Assembly (NCBI RefSeq): GCF_001949145.1
Contig: NW_019091356.1
Span: 3,008,713 to 3,072,712, forward strand
Length of the DNA: 64,000 nt
Reading direction: 5' to 3'
Origin: Acanthaster planci
Taxonomy: Eukaryota
The notes below the pieces were generated by a model, which saw nothing but the letters and a program-made list of their open reading frames with translations, did no database searches and was not told the DNA's origin. The translations under genes were made by a program, and so were the position numbers. Below, in pieces: positions 23,769 through 35,700 of this stretch (its first letter is position 1; every line of letters starts with the position of its first letter).

Positions 23769-26700
23769 TCATATTCTTTCATTGTGCATTGCTGGTCCCA
23801 TTTGAATGACTGGTATGTCGTCTTCGCTGTCTGTGCTGAATGCGTCGTTCACGTAGGCCGCCTCCTCGCATCGTCTGTGCCCTTTGCCCTTGCCGCGAGA
23901 CCGTGTCTTTCGTAGTCGGTGTCTGGCATCTGACTCCTTGCTCCCTCTCTGCAGCTTGGCCGACTTCCTGTCTTCGTTGTCAGAGCTGGATGACAGACCA
24001 TCTAAAGCGTTGGGTAGTGGGAAGCTCTCCACACTGACGGCTCTTTCAACGGCTGGTCTGCTCCCCTCTGGGTAATCACGCACCAGCTGCTCCAGGTCGA
24101 CCTTTTGGGGTTCTGGGTTCTTGCGGACGGCGCGCCCGATGTGGGACCATGCCAGTGCTGCATCAACCTGCGAGGTCACCACGTCGCTGGCGTGGGACGA
24201 CAGCGAGTCTGTCCTGTGGACGTAGCTGGACGATGAGCTGCTGTGCGAGTCCAGCACCTCAGAACTGGACAGCAGCGGCTGGTCGCGCCTCGCCAAAGAC
24301 GCTGACGTCGGTTTGAGCCGGTGCTCTCCTGTCTTCCGCCTTTCGGCCGTGCTCGCAGTGTACGGCCTCCTAGTCATGTCACTTGTACTCTGGGATGAGT
24401 CTGTCTGTCTGTCCTGGGTTTTGGCCACCCTAGTCATTCCCCGAGGGGCAACGTGTCCCTGACCACTGGGCAGTTCTTGAGAAGAGCTCGGCTGGTCCCA
24501 AGCTTGCTTCAGGTTCGTGAAAATAGCTAGAGGGGGCCGCACAGGCAGTGGCTGTGTTTCTAAAGTACCTATCAACACAGTTGAAGAAAACAAATCGAAA
24601 ACTGAAACTTTCCTCACAGCAGGAACAACAGACAACTGCTTTGTTTTTAGGTATATGGACTTGCTTGGCCAAAACAAATCAAGAAAGTTGTAAATTGATA
24701 TTGAAGGTCTGAAGGTTTGAATCAGATAGAAAGACTCTACAACTAAGGCTTGATAATATAAGATCACATTCCTTTTTATGGCACGGAAAAAAGTAGACAC
24801 ACAGCAAATGAGAATTCAAAGGCAACGATGAAAGCTAACAAGCTAAGCCAAAACAAGAAATGAGGCCAAGGGTAGTTTAATGAGTGGAAAAGCTATCAGT
24901 TGAATCCAACAACACTCCACTTCAGAGACATAAGGTAAAATATGGTATATGGGCTCCAAAGGTAACAACGGCACCCAAATGGGTACCAAAGGTAATCACA
25001 TTTCAAGGGGTTGATTTCACAAAGCTGCCTTCCACAGTATTTGCTAGGCAAAATATGGGTTACCAACTAAACGGAATGCAATATACACTGCCTGCGGCTG
25101 GTACTTAGCAGTGTTTCGTGCCGAGTGTAGATGAGGCCATGATTTACCTAGATTGGCCACCGGCCTGGGGAAGCTGGGCCGGCCCTGGGCATCGCGGACA
25201 CTGAGCGGCGCCTGTGGCTGACGGTCAAGGGAGACATCATCGCTACCCAGCTCCAGGTGCTCCGAGGTGGACTGGGTGTCATGGCCACTGTCATGCAGCT
25301 CCTGCTGCAGTCGGTACTCCTCCTGCCGCTGCATCTGCAGCTGCCGGAAGATCTCAAGCTCCAGTTGGGCCCTGCCACGGTGGGAAGGGGAGAGTTAGAG
25401 ATTCAAAATCAGACCTTGGCAGTTTGAGACCTACCGTTTCATTCACTTCTAGGGTACAATATAAAAAGCTTTATCTCGGCGACTACCGACCCAGTTGAGC
25501 CCCAATGGAAGAGTCAGAGTGCCCCCACGTAGTTGGTGAACAACAACTTCATTCCCTTTGAGATTGCAATTTAAGAAAAGCTGCATGTTACTGCCCTATG
25601 AGAAAAGGTTCCAACTGGCCCACGTAGTTCAAGATCAACAAATTCATCGAGGCAGAATCGTGAAAAAAGCTGAATCTCAGTAAGCTTTTAAGTAGCACAG
25701 TTTCACCTCGACTCCTTTGACCATTATCACTAACCTTCCCAAACCCTCCTCCGGAAAAATTAACCAAAGCCACAGTGTCTGTGCTTTTACTGGACATCAA
25801 GCCCCAACATCATGTACTAATATCATGGCTGTGTATTCCTCACATCCAAAAAAAAATCCTCAAAGACCTCTTGGTGGAAACTGAAACATATAGCAGTGGC
25901 TTGGGTAAATGAACCGTGAGAAGACGGTCCAGAAATCTGATGCAGTTCGGGAGGGCTGTACTTTATTTGCTTGAAGCGAATTGCTGACTAACCTGAGTTG
26001 TTTCTCACGGTCTTCGTCTGTGAAGCAGTTCCCGTCCAGTAGTTCCCGCATTTCAGGATTGTGACCATAGAGCTGCGTCTCGATCTTCTGCACTCGATCC
26101 TCCAGGCGGACGTGGTCAAAGAGATTGAGCTACGAACGACAGAAACGGGAGCAGCTTAAGTCTAGTTGTATTGACAAGATCTGTGTCTAGTCTTTCTCAC
26201 TCAAATTCTCAGCACAGCTACTCACAGTTGATCACATGAAGCCATGAATATTGCAAGGGGGGGTAGGGGAAGGTGTCCCCCCTCCAAAAAAGGAAAAAAA
26301 ACTAAGAAACAGTGAGAGAAATGAAAAAAGGACTTGGCCCCTTCCACCACTAACAGCTTATCAGCGTGCTGCTGTTAGATGTTTTATACCCTCTTTGGAC
26401 AAAATCCTGCCCACCTCCCTCCCCCCCGGAAAACAGAATGTCATAAGACTGTCAAGATATGAAAATCTATACTACCCCAGCAGAGGTCAGACAGCTACCC
26501 TACCAAAACAGTTAACCCATGCTTAAAACAAACGTAAGTTGTGATAAATTTTGTGCCAGGGGTGGTGGAAATCTTCACGTTGGGTTTTGCCCTACACTGA
26601 TATACTGTTGGAAGGTACCTCCGAGCACGAGCTGGATATTCCGTCCTCCATCATGTTGTGAATGCCGTCTGAGTCTTCGAAGTACCCGTAGGGCTTGGCA

Positions 26701-29700
26701 GGCAAGCCATGCTGGTGGGTGATGGCGTTCATGCGGAAGAGCAGCTCGTCCACCTGGTACTCGATCTCAGCCATGGTAAACTCCTGCGAGAGACCAATGA
26801 TCGGCATGCACAAACCCTTTGTTTTTGCTTCAATAACCTACTATGGTTTTGCTACTACTAGCTGTGTAGGGCTTTTAGGCCCCACAAAAGAATTAATGAT
26901 CAAGATTTTAAAAAATTGGCAACCAACCACCAAAACAATTCCAATTATTTCAATTTTGTTGAAGCAATATTCAAAATCACTATGCAGTGGAAGAATGACA
27001 TATCCAAGCTGGGGTGGATGTGTCGCATTATGTGTTCCCAAACGCCAAAAACTCTAATTAGAAATGTGCCGGGTCTGATCTTCTGCAAGGCCCGGTCCCA
27101 TACACGAATTGCCGTGTGACAATGGCTTAGCTAAATACCAGTACCCTGAGTCTGGGAGTGCCTGGGTGGGAGTTCCAGCTTACCGTTGGCAGTGCCGTGG
27201 GCTTGTCCTCGTCAGGCACGTCCCTCAGGCCCACGCGCACCAGGAACTTGTTCCAGAAGAAGCGGACCACCTCCTGGCCTCCGACCGCCTCCACCTGGTG
27301 CTGCTTGACCTGCTTGTAGCTGTGGCACAGGATGGCTTTGATCTGGAAGACACAGCCAAACACTCTCAATTTGGTTTCTAGGCTTTTAATTCAAGATCCG
27401 AAAGTCTGTGGGGCATAGTAGCCAGCAGGTCAGACGGGCCTACACAACACCGATGCCAAGCCTCCCCCCCCCAAAAAAAACAACCTGGAACACTTCACCG
27501 GTTGGCTGGTAATGTGGATCAGGAAAAACCAGACAAAAATGCCAGCACAAATTGCTGCATTTCTAAAACATAAAAGTCATTACGTAAGAAGTGCTCTCCA
27601 GTTGCGATTCTACCAATATAGGACTAAGTGTTACACTTGATTGCTGAGAAAATTCCCCATTATGACTGTACACCTCAGAACTTAATCTGGTGAGCTCACT
27701 GTGAAGAGAGGCCTATCTGTGCTCTCCAAGCTTGAATTGCTGTACCTTCAGAGAAAGCCGGGGGACTCTGAGACTCAGGGGGACTCTGACACTCAGGTGG
27801 ACTCATAAGCAGAGGCTAGGTATTGATTATGATACTCGGTACTCACTCAACAACTCATCTAACTCAATCGCTCAATTCTGGACTCGAGAGGCAAAATCTT
27901 TTTAATTCAAAGTGCTGCTCAGGTTCAACCAATTACGAGCAACACTCGTGCACTGGGCTTACAATCTAAGCTCGGCATTAAGACACCACACCTCACCGTG
28001 ACTTGTCTGAAATTTACGCAAACTCCACATTTGACCGTCATGAGGATCGAGTATATAATACTTACCAATCCTGCCATGACAATGATCATGCTGACCACGT
28101 AGGCAACGTAGAACAAATGCCACAGGACAGGGAACTCGGCCGCTAGGTCTTCGTGGTGCGGTGGATGACCCACGACCATGGCATTCAGGAGATTGGTGGA
28201 CACGTACAGGTGCTTCAAGGGGTAGAAATGGGTGGAGAAGAGCAGGACGCCCAGGCAGGCAAAGGCAGCCTCCAGGACAAGCATGTATAGCTGTTAGACA
28301 AGGTTATCCCAAAAAAGGTATAATTAGGGGCGTAAAGGGGTACAAATGGGTATAGAAGAGCAGGACACTCAGGCAAGCATGCACAGCTGTTGGGAAAAGG
28401 TTTACCCAAAAGGGTATCATTCTGGGCGTACTAGGGTGCAAGTGGGTGGAAAAGAGCAGTGTGCCTATTTAGTTCTGTCTCCCCTCTGATTCTGGTATCA
28501 GTGCCTCTTACCGCAAAAGTCAGGATTTCCTTGATGGCTCCATCAATCACGGCCCCAAACATGGCCACTGTCTGGTTGAAGCGCAGCAGACGCAGGAACT
28601 TGACTGAAGCTAGGAAGATCAAACTGGCCAGCAGGTCCTTCAGTATCTGCGGGCAAAGAACAGGCTTTCATTAAAACGGACAAGACAAGAAAGGAGGGAA
28701 AAAGTAAAGAAACCAGCAGCATTTGACAACTTTTTCTGGCCTTTTTGGAGGTGATTTGTAAGTGGGGAGCCGCACAAATATTAACTGATGTTTCCATTAA
28801 ATATTTCAATATTATGCAAAGATATTTATTTTCATTTCAGAGAGTGGTGGGATAAATGGAGTTGCTGAGAGAACGGATTTTTCTTGGTAGGGATGGAGCA
28901 CGGTTGCAGCTTAGTTGATGGCAACGTGTCGCTGTAACTTCAGGGAAGGGGCAACCTGTGGGATGGGGTGGGAATTTGGGTATGGTCGGGGCACTCTGAA
29001 GTGGTTTCGAAGGACTTGGGAGAGCCAACCTGATCCCAGTAGGCCAGGAGAGAAAAGTCCACAAACTCCTCCGAGTAGGTCTCTCGCAGGTGCTGGGTGG
29101 CATCGTTGACGTACATGAAGCGGCAGACGTACATGGCAAAGTAGGCCAGGGAAAGAATTATCATGCCCATCTAGGGGAGGGAAAAAACCACCACTTGGTA
29201 AGCATGAAAGCTAGCTACTAGGGGTGTGAGTCACCTGAACAAAACCCCTGAAATCTAAAATGTTTCCATGGTTTTTGTACAGAGGTGTACAAAAAAAGCT
29301 GAACTTCAGAGTACAAATCTGAACAAAAGCGACTGAAAGCTGCTACAAAGCTGAATTCTCAGCTGAACCCTAGTGGGAACTCCACAAATTCTCAAAAAAA
29401 AAAAACCTCCACTGTGCAGAAAACCAATGGTATATTCTGGGAACTGAAACTCTATTCAATACAGTGCTCTTAACCCTAACCCCCCAAGGGTTGCTGGCCC
29501 TAACCTTCCCCATTCACACAAAGTTGAAAACTCATTTGGGACTTTGTGCACAGAGGCTGTAGGACTTTGTTTTTCTGAGGTATACTAAACCCAATGCAAA
29601 AGCCAGCTGTCTGGGCCCACCAGACCTATCCCCACAGAATTATACACTTTACTACTGTTTAATTTTGTGTGGTTGGGGAAGGTTAGGGTTAAGGTTGGAA

Positions 29701-32700
29701 AAGGATTTCCTAGGATTTCTTCTAATGGGCAAACCACCTTTTCAAACCAGTAAATACTAACTTCTGTGGCACTTGGGCCATTCTTCGGTTGCTAAGAATC
29801 TTTCACTATTTCAACAATAGGCCATCCAATTGACAGGACCAGATAGCCTTTTTTTTCAGTTAGCAACTAAATGGTTCTCAATCTTTTTTACAGAGACATA
29901 AAATCCCAAATCTGAGTTTCTGATCAAGTGTTAATGTGATTAGGAACTCAAGAGCCAAGCCGCTACACAGATTAGGGTTGAGGGTCATCCAAAGAAGCTC
30001 CATCTTACACTGTGTATGCTTTGGATTGTTTTACCCTTTTGTGTAAGCCAGGGTTCCCACAGAAATCTAAAAAAGAACTTCCATGACTTTTCCAGGACTT
30101 ATCGCCATTTTATGAAGAAAAGATTTTCTGGTTTTATGAACTTGGTGATTACCGTAGCCACTACTACTGAGTGACAAGGCTACATAAATTTTTCGTTATT
30201 TCGTTATCACATCCAAATCAGACTGACTTCCATGATTTTCCATGGCAACAGAATTCCAACACACTCTATGTTTATCCCAGTTTTCCCCTGCCTTTTCCCA
30301 TGACTTTCCCGGACAAATGTTTTTCCCCCAGCATTTTCTGTGACCGTGGGAACCCTGATTAGCCCACCTCCATCCAGGACCAGATGCTCTTGAAAAACTT
30401 GGCTCTGATCTTCACCAGCTTCTGGACCTCTCGCTTGCCCGAAACAGCCACGATGAGGAGGAAGAGAAGCTACAAGGCAGAGGAGAAATAAGTCACCATT
30501 TTCAGATCAAAATTTTTTTCGGAAGAAAGATTCACCGTACCGCAGTGGGATTTGAACCTGCGACCCCCTGTCTTGAATACCACTGGGGAGCTCCACATAG
30601 ATTCACATTGTATTCTAGGTGTGTTCTCAGTGTGTTGCGAAAAAAATTAAAAATTGTGGGACTTAAAGCTACAGCTTCCCGGTCAAGTTTGAGTCTGGTA
30701 CCACGGACGTGTTTAATAAAATCTGGACTCGCAATGCCCTTAATCAGCTTATAGAGATCATTGAATCCGCTCGNNNNNNNNNNNNNNNNNNNNNNNNNNN
30801 NNNNNNNNNNNNNNNNNNNNNNNNNNNNNNNNNNNNNNNNNNNNNNNNNNNNNNNNNNNNNNNNNNNNNNNNNNNNNNNNNNNNNNNNNNNNNNNNNNNN
30901 NNNNNNNNNNNNNNNNNNNNNNNNNNNNNNNNNNNNNNNNNATATACGTCCGTGGTGCTAACACCTTAACCAATAGACCAAAGAGTTTCCTGGGATCAAG
31001 TGGCTAGGTTCAATCCAATACAGCAATACATTCATGATATTAATTTACAGTGTGAATATTCCTGTCAGAGTGTAAGAGCAAAACCTAGTACATGTATAAT
31101 GTTAAATTAATATCCTTGACGTGAAGCCAAATTAAAACCATCAGCCCTCATCATCTGGACGGGGGCCAGTTGTTACATCATCAGGCATCAGCCATTTAGG
31201 GCTCAATCCAATGAGCCCCATCCAATCATAGGACTAGCAAAAAGTGTGTAGGGGGGCCCTTCTGCCACCAATGGTCACACCCCTACATTGCTAAACAGTA
31301 CTTTCTGTTGCATTTTCAACATCTTGATCTTGGGGGTTTGGGGTTGTTGGTTGGTTTTTTTTTCTTAGTTTTTCGTTTCTTGATCACTGAAAACCAAAGT
31401 GTTCAACTGGAAGCAAGGCCATGTCCAAACGTACAAAAGTACTAATTAAATGCGCTTATTCATTTATTTATTTATTTATTTATTGACGTTCAATTATGCG
31501 TAGCCGGCCACAACACTGTTTCTCCAAGAGAGATAATGAAGTTTACTTCAACCTGAACTTTGAACTCTCTTATCATAACTTTGCAGGCTACCATACGTTA
31601 GTACAGGCAGCTTTTGCCAGCTGGGTCACCAGTACGACCAGCACATAGGCTGGCGAGGGGATGGGCGTTCCTCTTCTTTTTTTAAAATTTGTCTGTGCCA
31701 TTGATAGGCAGGCATCGTTTTTAGTTCCCTTGTACATCCCTATAACTTTTGTGGACTGTTCGTGTCTTTTGAAACCCCCCCTTTGAAGGAAAATGAAACA
31801 TTCCAGCCTGCCTGTAACAACACTCAACTGGTTCAAAGGATCACGGTGCTCGACATTCTGAACTTGCACACACAGCGAGAAATAATCTCCCAAGCATTTC
31901 TCTACTACCTGACCAGTTTTCTGATTTCCCCCGGGTAAGTCTGCAAAATTTCCACTATATTCAGACAAATTTTCCCTTCAGTATGATTCATTTTCATGAC
32001 AATGAACTCTTTCACAAGCCCACAAGTTTTAGAAATGAGGTCAATTTTTTATTACCTGTAAAATGCACCTTTGTGCCTCAGTAAACCCTATTTTCAATTT
32101 GGTTTCACTGTTCCATCGGGTATATAATGCCTTGATGTTTTATGCTGAGTATTTCCATACTCATGAACACAACTGTTATGTCATCTCAGAAGAAGCCTAA
32201 ATGTTACAATGGTTTGTACACGAGAAAATCCTGCATTTTTGTAGATTTTCGTGGACTAAGTTTTCTCTTTTTTGCTGATTCACTGTTATTTATGTGCATA
32301 GCAATCAGAATCCAGCAATCCCTCTCTCAGAAATGTTTTCAGTTAGGGCCAGCGACCATTTAGACCCGGTTTGAAAAGGACTCCCAGTAAGCTCGCCCTG
32401 TTGCAAAAACCCCTTTCATACCGGCCTGGCTACCGGCCTGGCTACCGGCCTGGAATGCTGGACTGGTTGTTGTTCTCGAACTTCTCCATCCTTGGGTCTA
32501 TTGTTTGCAAGTTACTGGTACATGTAATCTATCCCAGAAGGAACCTGCTTGTGGTTTTTAATCCTTCAGCACTATACAATGTTTACACTAATCAGCTCAG
32601 ACCTCTATTCATCTGTGGAAGCAGGGGGGGGGAAGCCTTTCATCAGGGAATTTGAAATGCGGATGTGCAGACAGGCCCGGTATACCGGCCTTGAGTAGCC

Positions 32701-35700
32701 TGAATACCAGGCAGGCACTATACAGAGTGGGCTAGGGGGGGCCTTTTCAAACCGGGTCTAAATGGTCGCCGGCCCTTACAGAATTCTGGGTTGACAATTT
32801 GAACAGGAATACCTATGCACTGAACCGGGTAACCTTTGTGACCTCCCCAAAGTACATGTACTATTAGCAGAAGGTGCTCCACCTTCAGGGGATCATTGTG
32901 TGGGCCTCTTCCCCCTTACAGGGCCTACGCAATCCACATTTTAATACAGTCCTTATGATAACCCTGTGTAGTACCCCAATGAACTCTGTTTCTAAAATTG
33001 ATCTTCAAGGACATTTTGGAAACCTTTGGGTTGAAAATTAACACGTGCAAATTCATGTATTATTCTTCAATAAGCCAAGTTTGGGATTCACAATCTGAAT
33101 ACAGAAAAAGAACCCAACTTGAACATCAGTGCCTTCCTAATATTACATTGCACAAACAGCATTTCTCTTCGTCAGGTAAAGGGGAAATATTCAAAGATTA
33201 CAGAGTGCACTTCAGTTTTTATATATTTGAGAGAAGAAAACAGTAACACAAAGCACATTCCAAAGTAACATTGGTGAAATGGGCCCTTCAACTTTTTCAG
33301 GGCACTGGCCAGCAGCCAGCCTTGAATGCTGGTAAAATAAAACTGGGTTACGCAGCCTAAGGCCGAGTCCGAAACGGGCTTCCAGAGCTATGGCTGGTCT
33401 ATTGTCTGTGCGTCTCCACGTACTTTCAATGGAGTGAAGACCTAGGCCTAGCTCTAGACAACAGATTCGGATGCAGACTAACTATGACAGCACAATGGCC
33501 AATTGGAGAGTGGGGTGGGATTTCTATCTAACTATAATATGATGTTACCCCGTGCACACCAAGATGCGGAAGATTCTAGTGGACAAAGAGCTAAATAACA
33601 TATTATAATATACTTAGAAAGCTTGTAGGGTGTGGCAGAAGCATACGTTTCAATTGCACTTATCAAATTAATGTGGGACACTGGCAGATGAAATGGGAGG
33701 GCAAGCCCTCCCCCATGAACAATTTAGTTTTGAAATAATGAGAAAACCAAGAATTTAAAGGACTTTTTCACTTCTAAAAATGTGTACAGAGCCCTACAAG
33801 GGGCTTCTTGTAAAGGCCATAAAAGGTTGCAAAGAGAAATTTTGGAATTTAGGTGAGCCCCCCCTAGAAAATTTGCCTCTGGTTCTGCCTTTCACTCTTA
33901 CCTCACAGCCCATGATGAAGTAGTCGTAAACCATCTCGTAGCGATAAAGCAGAACCGACTCAATCTTTGGCAGGGGGTTGACGGCACCGGTGCCCGGCAT
34001 CTCTGCCAGAAAAGCCACAGACCTGGGATAGAAAACAGGCAAAAATGAGACTCGTGATCGAATCAAAAAAAAATTAGAAATACTGTGAACCAATCTGGCA
34101 AAATGAGTTAGAGTTGGGTGGCTCTGGTTTCAGTTTGCATGAGAAAGGGCAAACTGAGTTTTCTGTTTTGACAGATTGCTCATTTCTGCATCCTGACAAA
34201 AATGAATGACAGACAGGTGAAAAATTGTGAGGATTCCCAATCATTGACGGCACCCATGTTTAAACCCAACAATGGCTGGGTTAACAATTGCAGAAATATC
34301 CTCACAATGAGCAAATTTTTAGAGTCTATAAAAGGGTCTAGCGCTTGTCTACGAATTGAGAAATTGTGGTCATTTGTTTTGCCGTCAACTTTGGATATTA
34401 TTGTGCAGATGGACAGAGTTTAGAGGTTTAGCAATAACACGACAAGGCATAGCACCGTGCTGAGCAGATATATTGCTGTATATAATTATGTTCACTGATG
34501 TTTACTTAGCCGCGTGGAATGAAAGATCAAATATGACATCATCAGGGGCCATCTTGAGTCTCAGGTCACATAATACTTTCCACAGAGGGTGACTCTGAAA
34601 GACGAGGGCACTTCAGAAATTCTGCTGTGTCAAAGTTTTCAACACCAGCGTCCGTTCTCTCAGGAGTATATTACACCCTTTAGAAGTCTTTTCAACTATA
34701 TGCGATTGCTTTGCAGAGCTTGTATGGTGGAGAGCGGCAAGACATGGCCAACCAGGTGAGAGTTATTGTGTGGGGTTTACCCCGCACCTGCTCCTCTGTG
34801 CTTCTGAAGAGTCTCACCAGCCTCCCCGACTCCCAGATGATTTACGAATTATACACTGATGCATACTTCTGGGGACCGGAGAGGCTCGACCAGCAGAACT
34901 TCCCCACAGTGGAGGGGGGTGACCCGGCCATCAAACTGAGCAAAGACGGGCTGCTGAGGGGGTCAGCGTCTGGGTTCGACACCTCGATCTCTACCTTCGA
35001 CTGGGTTAGGCGGCAACTGGAGGCCGACTACCCGGGCAAAAAGGTAATCATTGCCAAGGAGATTGCCCCCTGGCTGGACGGGAGGTACAAAGACCTCCCC
35101 AAGGGCTATCGCCACGTCTTCCTGATCAGGCACCCCTTCAAGATGTTCCACTCCTTCAAGAAGATCAACAGAGAGTTTCTGGAGCAAAAAAGGGGCCACC
35201 CGGTGGGCCTGGAGGAAGCTGTGTTGGATCAGTTGCCTCCCCACATCATGACGCCAGGAATGCTCTACAAGGAGATGACCGACTTGTGGCAGTACATCAA
35301 AGATAGCAACCTGGATCCCGATCCGATCATCGTGGATTCTGACGAGCTCCTCCAGAGTCCCCAAAATGTGCTGTCGTACCTCTGTGGGCAGTTGAGGATA
35401 CCCTACACAGACTCCATCCTGTCGTGGGAGAAAGGTTTCAATTGCACAGGCAGCTGGGTTGTCAGCCAAGAGCATAAGCACCTGATACAGACCATGGACT
35501 CCTTCGTCAACTTCCGCAACAGCACCAGCTTCCTGAAGCCAAAGGGGACCAGCAAGGCCCCAGATTGGTCGACAGTCGATCCAGACATAAGACGCTGTGT
35601 CGAGTTCTCCATGCCTTATTTCTCCCAGATGTATGACAAGCGTGGGAAGTTTTAAATAGTATTTGCAAAAATTCTTTGCTAATGCTCAGGCAAACAAACA

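Noticed and set aside
24569..24800. N-terminal part of ORF 23769-24800 as a stand-alone gene
   Set aside because: Intronic read-through; the phase-compatible acceptor is at 24568 and the ORF is the last PKD1L1 exon.
30538..30595. Functional tRNA gene
   Set aside because: Only T-arm/B-box and a weak A-box are present; no complete acceptor or anticodon stems.
34963..35481. 172-aa minus-strand ORF in the PKD1L1 intron as an extra exon
   Set aside because: Shadow of the GC-rich nested gene; the flanking PKD1L1 exons join in frame without it.
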